A DNA stretch of 63,828 nt, the filler included, from Stramenopiles sp. TOSAG23-2 (Eukaryota), in assembly GCA_900128395.1 (NCBI GenBank). It is 13 parts of 13 records of this genome, joined end to end, with 100 filler letters (N's around TTAATTAATTAA, not from the genome) between each part and the next. Parts side by side here need not be neighbours in the genome. Positions count along the whole stretch, not along the records: positions 52,167 to 57,261 come from LT650736.1; positions 57,362 to 62,452 come from LT650737.1; positions 62,553 to 63,828 come from LT650830.1; 10 more parts are not named here. One strand, 5' to 3'. Below are positions 57,126 through 63,828 of the stretch, piece by piece. The notes under the pieces are model-generated. The model did not search any database. It saw nothing but the letters and a program-made list of their open reading frames with translations, and was not told where the DNA came from. Position 1 is the stretch's first letter. Each line of letters starts with the position of its first letter. Position numbers and translations under genes: made by a program.

Positions 57126-57261
57126 GGTGATCCATGCGCATCCATGTGAAATAAAATTTTTTCCATTTTCAGTTTTTTCGACCTACACACTGCATAAACC
57201 GGGATAAGAGCTTTTCTATACTCGAACCTCAGGTTCAGACGACATCAGGAAGTGCATTTAA

Positions 57262-57361
57262 NNNNNNNNNNNNNNNNNNNNNNNNNNNNNNNNNNNNNNN
57301 NNNNNTTAATTAATTAANNNNNNNNNNNNNNNNNNNNNNNNNNNNNNNNNNNNNNNNNNNN
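57262..57361. other. Artificial contig linker
   Basis: 44 N + TTAATTAATTAA + 44 N. Confidence 0.99.
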
Positions 57362-57585
57362 TTAATGTGATACTTTTCATATACTCAATAGATTTGTAGT
57401 GTTTGAGATATTTGATCGGCTATACTAGGCATTTTTTGTACTTGAGGGTTGATAAAATTTTTTTTTATATTTTATTTTTGAAATTGTTGTTTTTGCAATA
57501 TTGTTGATTTTGCATTTTGTGAGGAAAATCAATCCGAATTGACAAAAAATCCTACGATATATACAATATTATTTGATCCTTCAAT

Positions 57586-57741
57586 TCAAACACTTTCTTC
57601 CATTCTTTCCATCTTCTCTAAAACTTTTGGGGCAAGTGGAATAACGTCCATTCCACCTAATTCTTTAGGATCTAATACACCTTTCCCGTTTCTCACATTT
57701 AATAAAAATTCCAATACAATCTGTTTATATTTTTCATTAAC
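57586..57741 (-). other. Possible orphan terminal exon or gene fragment
   Basis: TAG acceptor-like site followed by VNEKYKQIVLEFLLNVRNGKGVLDPKELGGMDVIPLAPKVLEKMERMEESV*. Confidence 0.3.
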
Positions 57742-58363
57742 CTACAGCAATTGAATGGGCATCAACACAACATCCAACACAACATCCAGGTTGAGGTAAA
57801 ATATACAAGGAAAATTGTTTTTCAGGAAGTATTGCAAGCGGAAGAGGAGGAAGAAGGGTAAAAATGAAAAAAAAACAATATTGGAATAATAAGAAAAATA
57901 TGTGTATATTATCGACGCGAAACGTATTTTATATTTTTCTCAGTTAAAATCTAAAGTGTTATATAAATAATACGAGAGTACCCACTATCAGTATCAAAGC
58001 AGATCATATACAAAAGCTTCTATTAAATCGTTGTGTTTTTTTTATTAATTTTTTTAGTGCAAAAAAAGTACAAATACATATTTTATGACTTTTAGACTAA
58101 TATTTTTAAATATTGCAATTAATTTAATGATGAAATGACAAAAAAATGTGTTATTATGTGATGATTGTATGCAACTTTACCTGTATGTAACAAAAATGTG
58201 AACGCTGGATGGGTTTTCGCTGGTTGGGAATTTCAGCGCTTCTACAGTACCAGGTAGTATGACCATACTATTCGCTTACCTCTCTCATAAATTTAATAAA
58301 CCGACTTTAAGGTATTATATTTTTATGTAACACAAAAAAACGAATTTACACTTCTTCTTCTCT

Positions 58364-60430
58364 CTAAATTTCCAAATCAATCTCTATCTCCTCGTCACTA
58401 TCATTTTGATTTGCAGTCAATTTTGGTGTATTTCCACCTTCACTAGTTGAGCTCCATCCATCACCAAGGCCACCACCACCACCACCGCCACTATCGCTAC
58501 TTATGTTAGACATACTTCTAGTTCTTGATTCAAATTTGCTTTTTTTTGAATTTTGTATTTCCTTCAAATTTTCAACAGCCATTTCACCACTTGCATGATG
58601 TACCATCCGGGCCACACCGCAAACATCACCGGTAAGCAACGTATCGGTAAATCTATCAAAATGTATTGTATTTAATAATTGCACTTTGTTGACCTGTTTT
58701 TTCAACCATGATGGCAATTTATCGCTATCCTTAGGTTTAAAACGTTGAGCAACAGTAGCAAATATACGTATTGGGATCAATGTTAACTCTCTTGTGCCCG
58801 TATCAAAATGCAATGAATTAACTGTAAACCCACCATCATCAAAACCGACAAATAAAAATTTACCACCAGGTTCAACAAATGTCGATGTTGCCATGCTTGA
58901 ATTATTGAATGTACCACTATTTCTTGGTAAATTTGCTGTCATATCAATTGCAGTACTAGTATATGTTTCTAAATCCCACATCATTAAATATTTATCAGCA
59001 AATGTTGTGCCAAGTAAAATCTTATATTGCGGTAATACACGAAGCATTTTAATTGCCCTTGACGCTTTTGACTTTCCTTTTTCTACTTTTGTTTTTGATG
59101 ATATTTTCATTGAATTTTTTTGTGACGTGGTATTTCCAGTAGTATTAGCATTATCACCAATACTATACGTATTGAATGGAGATGGCGATTTCATACCACG
59201 CATCCAAGTACCAACAGTAACATTAAATTGGCCAACTAGACCATCGGCATAACCAACAAAAATGCATGAATATTGCCTTTCCCAATATGCCAACGATGAT
59301 ACAGAAGCTACTCGATCAACAATTGATGATGATGTTGATGTATCCATATTGCCAAAATCATCACTATTATGCTTACTAGTTGGACTTGAATTTATTTCAT
59401 CATTAATATTAAAGCTATCATTTGTATCATCATAAAACATGTGATCATTATTATTTTTATCATCATCATCATTATTATTATTCTTATTATTCGAAACATT
59501 ATCTGTAACCCTAACATGTCGATACAAAGATATTATTTCAGGTCCTTTTGATAGATTAAAAATACGCGTTGTTCCTTTTAGATCACCAACTATAACTTGA
59601 TCCCCTGATTTTGTTCGACAACATAGTAATGCTGTTGCTGGTACAGTTTGATCGCTTTTTCTCTTTTGATTAATATTTAAATTATTATTATTTACATTGG
59701 AATCATTATCACTATATTTATCATTTTGATTATTATTATTATTATTATTATTGCCCATTCTTGGTGGATCTGATCGATTTCTTTTTCTTGTAGAAATTGT
59801 AGTTGGACTTTCAGATAACGATTCTAAATCTTCTTCATCATCAAACGATATACGAATTCTATTTGCATTATTTAATGAATTTGATGCTGATCTTGCCCGC
59901 CCCCCAATGCCTCTACCACTATTACTACTATTAAAACCACCAAAATTCCCACTATTTCTTCTACTACTACTACTATTTTTTCCAATTGAACGTTTCGTAA
60001 ACTGTAACTCTAATTGTTTCCTTGTTCGTATATTTCGCACAATTGAAAAATCATCTGATCGTCTTATTTGTATTAAACCGTTTGATGTCCCTATAACAAT
60101 CAAACCATTTGATAAATTTTGGTCCACCATTGAGTTATTATTTTTACGTTTAAATGTATATAATGGATTCTTTATATAAGTTGCACACGTAACTGTGCCT
60201 TCCAACCGAATTCGTAACCTCCTAGAGCCAGTTAGTGGATTATAATTAATTAAATATCGTTGGGTTACTACAATGACACCTTGATTTTCACCTTGGCTTT
60301 GATCATAAACACAACACATTGCTGCACCATTCGTCGCTGCTACATTGTTATCATCTGCACCGAATGCCTTTGCATGTTTTGACCAACTTTCTTCAACTGT
60401 TACTTGTCGATAATTCGCAGTATTTCCCAT
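58364..60430 (-). CDS. WD40/beta-propeller-like protein with low-complexity insertions and possible N-myristoylation
   Basis: Starts MGNTAN; propeller-blade-like strands IVIGTSNGLIQI, VIVGDLKGTTRIFNL, IFVGYADGLVGQFN, LFVGFDDG and LLTGDVCG. Confidence 0.75.
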   Translation of the reverse strand: MGNTANYRQVTVEESWSKHAKAFGADDNNVAATNGAAMCCVYDQSQGENQGVIVVTQRYLINYNPLTGSRRLRIRLEGTVTCATYIKNPLYTFKRKNNNSMVDQNLSNGLIVIGTSNGLIQIRRSDDFSIVRNIRTRKQLELQFTKRSIGKNSSSSRRNSGNFGGFNSSNSGRGIGGRARSASNSLNNANRIRISFDDEEDLESLSESPTTISTRKRNRSDPPRMGNNNNNNNNQNDKYSDNDSNVNNNNLNINQKRKSDQTVPATALLCCRTKSGDQVIVGDLKGTTRIFNLSKGPEIISLYRHVRVTDNVSNNKNNNNDDDDKNNNDHMFYDDTNDSFNINDEINSSPTSKHNSDDFGNMDTSTSSSIVDRVASVSSLAYWERQYSCIFVGYADGLVGQFNVTVGTWMRGMKSPSPFNTYSIGDNANTTGNTTSQKNSMKISSKTKVEKGKSKASRAIKMLRVLPQYKILLGTTFADKYLMMWDLETYTSTAIDMTANLPRNSGTFNNSSMATSTFVEPGGKFLFVGFDDGGFTVNSLHFDTGTRELTLIPIRIFATVAQRFKPKDSDKLPSWLKKQVNKVQLLNTIHFDRFTDTLLTGDVCGVARMVHHASGEMAVENLKEIQNSKKSKFESRTRSMSNISSDSGGGGGGGLGDGWSSTSEGGNTPKLTANQNDSDEEIEIDLEI

Positions 60431-60913
60431 AATATAATTATTTGTAATAAATATGTTGATGGTAAAAATTATTCTATATATGATGTACAGAAATAAAACC
60501 CAGGGAAGATTATTTCACTATATCTCTATGAATATTATATTGTATTAAATAAATAGACACACACACACACAAATAGAGTGATAAATAGAATGTGTGGATA
60601 AGAAAAAAAAAGAAATTGTTACGAGTTCCGTATGTTTCTGCTTTAACACTTGAACACTTTTATTTGTATTATATAATAATAAATAATAATTTCCAATTCA
60701 TTTTTTTTTTCATTTTTTTTCTTCTTCTCCTCCTCGACCCGCGTATTACCGATTTTAATGAATATCATATAGGTAATATTATACTTGGTAGTATATATAT
60801 AGTATATGGTATGAAAATCCTTAAAAAAAAATTAAAAATCAGTCGTAACACACCGTAATAAAATGCTAAAATATGAAAAAGTTTATACGGGTACTATATA
60901 TATTATATATATT

Positions 60914-62083
60914 TTATGAAGATCGTTTTCTATTTTCATTGTTATTGCTTTTTTTTCGTTTATTATTATTGTTATTATTTTTTCGTTTCTTTTTCTTTAC
61001 AAGTACTGCATTTTTATTTTTGTTTTTGTTCTTCTTTTTATTTGTATTTGTTGTAGTTTTATCATTTTTCACTATTATTTTTTTCTTTATTGTAGGTAAT
61101 GTTTTACCAGAATATGTATCTTCATTGTCCAAATCTGTCCTAGTTGTTTTGGTTTTTCTCTGTTCAAAAATGGCATCAGCAAGTTTTATTAAAATATTTT
61201 CAGCTGATTGACGTATTTTATTTGATAATTGATGAACTACACTTATATCTATAACATCGTCAATGATACGTTTATTATCCATTTCAAGCTGTTTAATTTC
61301 ATTGCAAGTTTTGTAAAATGATTCTTCAATAGATATGGAATCAGCATCATCGTCATTATCATCGTCAGTATCTTCGTCATCACCATCATCATTCATATCA
61401 GCTGTTACTGTGGAATCACTTGTATCAATAGAAGAAGAAGATGAAGAAGAGGGACTTAAACTAGCAATATTATCATTGTTATTTGCATAACCAAGATTTA
61501 AACGATTACTGCTACCACTGGTGCTTGTACCACTCGGTGACGTAGTGCTACTAGTAGTAATACCTGTCAATGCAGCAAGACCATATTTTTTAATAAATTT
61601 TTCATCTTCAATTTGCCATGTTTTTTTATAATATTTTCCTAATTTTGGTAAAATAAAATCTTTCTTTTGATTTGAAACATGTATAACACGATTTCCTACA
61701 TTTGCTATATTGCCTAAGTCCGTACTATTAATATTACGCATATATGTATCTATGTATGCTTGATATTGTTCCGATGTCATAATGCAATTTTTATTTTTAC
61801 TTGCGCTGATGATATTGACACGGCTACTTGTTGTACTTTTACAATCATCAATACTACTGTTATTGAGTTTTTGTTCTTTTTTAGAAGACGACGTCGTTTT
61901 TTGTTTTTTTCGTGTACGACGAATTGTATCAGAATTATCTATCTCATTCTTCTTCTTCTTTTTGTTATTTTGGACGATGATGCAGAGTGTTCTTCTTCTT
62001 TTTGTTATTTTGGATGATGATGTAGATGGTTTGGTCGTTCGTCTTGATTTGTTTGTTCTAGACGAAGATTGTCTCATCAACAT
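60914..62083 (-). CDS. Low-complexity basic/acidic hypothetical protein
   Basis: Long ORF, likely ATG at 62083 (MLMRQSSS); K/R-rich termini with S- and D-rich tracts. Confidence 0.6.
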   Translation of the reverse strand: MLMRQSSSRTNKSRRTTKPSTSSSKITKRRRTLCIIVQNNKKKKKNEIDNSDTIRRTRKKQKTTSSSKKEQKLNNSSIDDCKSTTSSRVNIISASKNKNCIMTSEQYQAYIDTYMRNINSTDLGNIANVGNRVIHVSNQKKDFILPKLGKYYKKTWQIEDEKFIKKYGLAALTGITTSSTTSPSGTSTSGSSNRLNLGYANNNDNIASLSPSSSSSSSIDTSDSTVTADMNDDGDDEDTDDDNDDDADSISIEESFYKTCNEIKQLEMDNKRIIDDVIDISVVHQLSNKIRQSAENILIKLADAIFEQRKTKTTRTDLDNEDTYSGKTLPTIKKKIIVKNDKTTTNTNKKKNKNKNKNAVLVKKKKRKNNNNNNKRKKSNNNENRKRSS

Positions 62084-62452
62084 TTTGGTTGTAATATCAA
62101 ATATTAATTTTATAAAAAAAGATATATATATATATATATAAAAAATATTCTTCACCGTTCTTCCTATAAATCTATATATAATGTTTGTACAATGATAATA
62201 TATATATATTCTACATATATATATAATTATATACACAGACAGAGAGAGAGAGAGAGAGACAATATATCTATCTCGATCTATCTATTTGTTTTTCTTATTA
62301 TATATATGACATCCTTTTGCAAAGTTATCACAATCAAGTTACGCTTACATAGCATTATGAGGCAATGCAGTTTGATTGACGCAATGTGGCAATCTGGCAA
62401 TCTGGCAATCCTACAGAACAACAGCTCTGGCTTCTCTCGCTCGAGTTCTACA

Positions 62453-62552
62453 NNNNNNNNNNNNNNNNNNNNNNNNNNNNNNNNNNNNNNNNNNNNTTAA
62501 TTAATTAANNNNNNNNNNNNNNNNNNNNNNNNNNNNNNNNNNNNNNNNNNNN
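62453..62552. other. Artificial contig linker
   Basis: 44 N + TTAATTAATTAA + 44 N. Confidence 0.99.
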
Positions 62553-62634
62553 GTATCAACAAGAGGTGCCTATAGAGAAATTTAGAGAGGAAAATATCAA
62601 ATATATAATATATATTAATTATTTAAAACAGAAT

Positions 62635-63810
62635 TTATACTCGATTGATACTAGTTAAAATAACATTTCTTGCATTTTTGGCATCCATTTTTCTACGTTC
62701 ACGATGTTTATCGATAATCGATGCAATTGTTGTTTCAAAATTATATTTTGCATTGAAATGTAAATCATTTCTAGCTTCATATGGTGATAAACTGCATGGC
62801 CATAAATTAGCAAATTTAAATGCAGCAGTTGGTTCATTTAATTTTTTTTCTAATATAGCTAATTTAAATTTAAATTTAGAATTATATTTTGTCATGATTT
62901 CATGAAATAAGTCCTTAGCATTGAAGCTAAAACCAGCCATGGAATATCCATTTTCAGGTTCATGTAAATATTTCTTTTTTGTTACCATTAATAAATATAA
63001 TCCTTGTATCAAATCATCAATATAAATCATTGGTAAAGGTTTTGTTAATGGAACGGGGCAATGGTATTCTTTATTTGATGAATATACACCAAATTTCAAT
63101 GCTTCTAATGCATATTCAGTGGTTCCATCACCCCATTTAGCTGACCCATGCAATACACCAGGTATAACAGCAAATCTAGTATCATTTTCTTTATCTTTAT
63201 ATGAAAACTCTTTTAATAATTGACGACATTTTGATTTTTGCAAGCCATACGAACTGCCTGAATCATGATTTGGGTTGAAAATTAAAAAATTTGCTGGACA
63301 ATCATAACGTGGAGAGCCATTACCAAAGGAACCAATGGAATCAGAAAAACAGATTTTATTTACATTATATTTTGACATAGCTGCTAAGATGCTTTTCATA
63401 CCACCGACAGTCACTTGTTCTGATAATTTTGGATTTTTTTCCGCTTCAACCGATAATGGAGCCGCTAAATTCCAAACACAAAAAATATTTTTTGAATATT
63501 TTTCAAATAATTCTTTTACTATTTTCCACTTTGTAATATCAAAACCAAATTCACTAATAAGTTGATCTTTTCCATATTTGCTGGTTAAATATTCAGGCAT
63601 TGGCGTACGATGCAACGGTGCAAGAACTCTCCAACCTGCTTGTAAACATTTCTCTGTTAATTTCTTCCCAATCGCACCACTTGCACCAATAATCAATATA
63701 ATATCTTTCTTATCATCAACTGTATTACTGTAATGAATCCTATTTTTTTGTTGTTTTTTTCTTAAAATTGCTATTGTTAATGTTGTGATTGTATATATTG
63801 TAAACAACAT
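62635..63810 (-). CDS. Extended SDR, L-threonine 3-dehydrogenase-like
   Basis: IIGASGAIG, NLAAPLSVEAEKNP, SDSIGSFG, YGLQK (YxxxK), GDGTTEYA and LPMIYIDD. Confidence 0.82.
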   Translation of the reverse strand: MLFTIYTITTLTIAILRKKQQKNRIHYSNTVDDKKDIILIIGASGAIGKKLTEKCLQAGWRVLAPLHRTPMPEYLTSKYGKDQLISEFGFDITKWKIVKELFEKYSKNIFCVWNLAAPLSVEAEKNPKLSEQVTVGGMKSILAAMSKYNVNKICFSDSIGSFGNGSPRYDCPANFLIFNPNHDSGSSYGLQKSKCRQLLKEFSYKDKENDTRFAVIPGVLHGSAKWGDGTTEYALEALKFGVYSSNKEYHCPVPLTKPLPMIYIDDLIQGLYLLMVTKKKYLHEPENGYSMAGFSFNAKDLFHEIMTKYNSKFKFKLAILEKKLNEPTAAFKFANLWPCSLSPYEARNDLHFNAKYNFETTIASIIDKHRERRKMDAKNARNVILTSINRV

Positions 63811-63828
63811 AATGGATCACCTAATGCA

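Noticed and set aside
5129-62552. Regularly spaced TTAATTAATTAA palindromes every ~5.2 kb
   Set aside because: They are identical 100-nt N-padded linkers between contigs of non-increasing length (5126, 5125, 5124, 5124, 5117...5091), so they are artificial. ORFs ending in X-runs or LIN are linker artefacts.
837-63565. Numerous 60-190 aa ORFs overlapping the long genes (for example 12464-13045, 29877-30446, 48853-49773, 58794-59252)
   Set aside because: Antisense or alternate-frame shadows of real genes and low-complexity tracts, with no independent motifs

Overview
AT-rich eukaryotic DNA, probably a heterotrophic protist (stramenopile-like is inference only). It has short GT-AG introns with CTAAC branch points and poly-Asn tracts. 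The window is not one locus. It is 13 unrelated contigs (twelve of about 5.1 kb, sorted by decreasing length, plus the first 1.3 kb of a thirteenth) joined by 12 artificial 100-nt linkers (44 N + TTAATTAATTAA + 44 N), so adjacency across linkers is meaningless. Many 90-210 bp tandem duplications and abrupt head-to-head gene junctions suggest an amplified or multi-haplotype assembly. Recognisable genes: APC/CAT amino-acid transporter, calpain, CBP/p300-type acetyltransferase, KH-domain protein, MetAP1, EF-1beta, selenoprotein T, two-pore channel, SLC25 carrier, cardiolipin synthase, MFS transporter, DENN protein, Cys-rich surface protein, WD40-like protein and threonine dehydrogenase-like SDR. 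Best findings: (1) a 91-aa candidate selenoprotein missed by the ORF track (14458-14733, minus strand; in-frame TGA in YSFN-U-DGGG) with a well-formed type II SECIS in its 3' UTR, from a family I do not recognise; (2) a precise intron presence/absence pair in the two-pore channel gene; (3) several unusual domain architectures; (4) a short poly(A) retroposed insertion with a 13-bp target-site duplication; (5) a small ORF resembling giant-virus hypothetical proteins.
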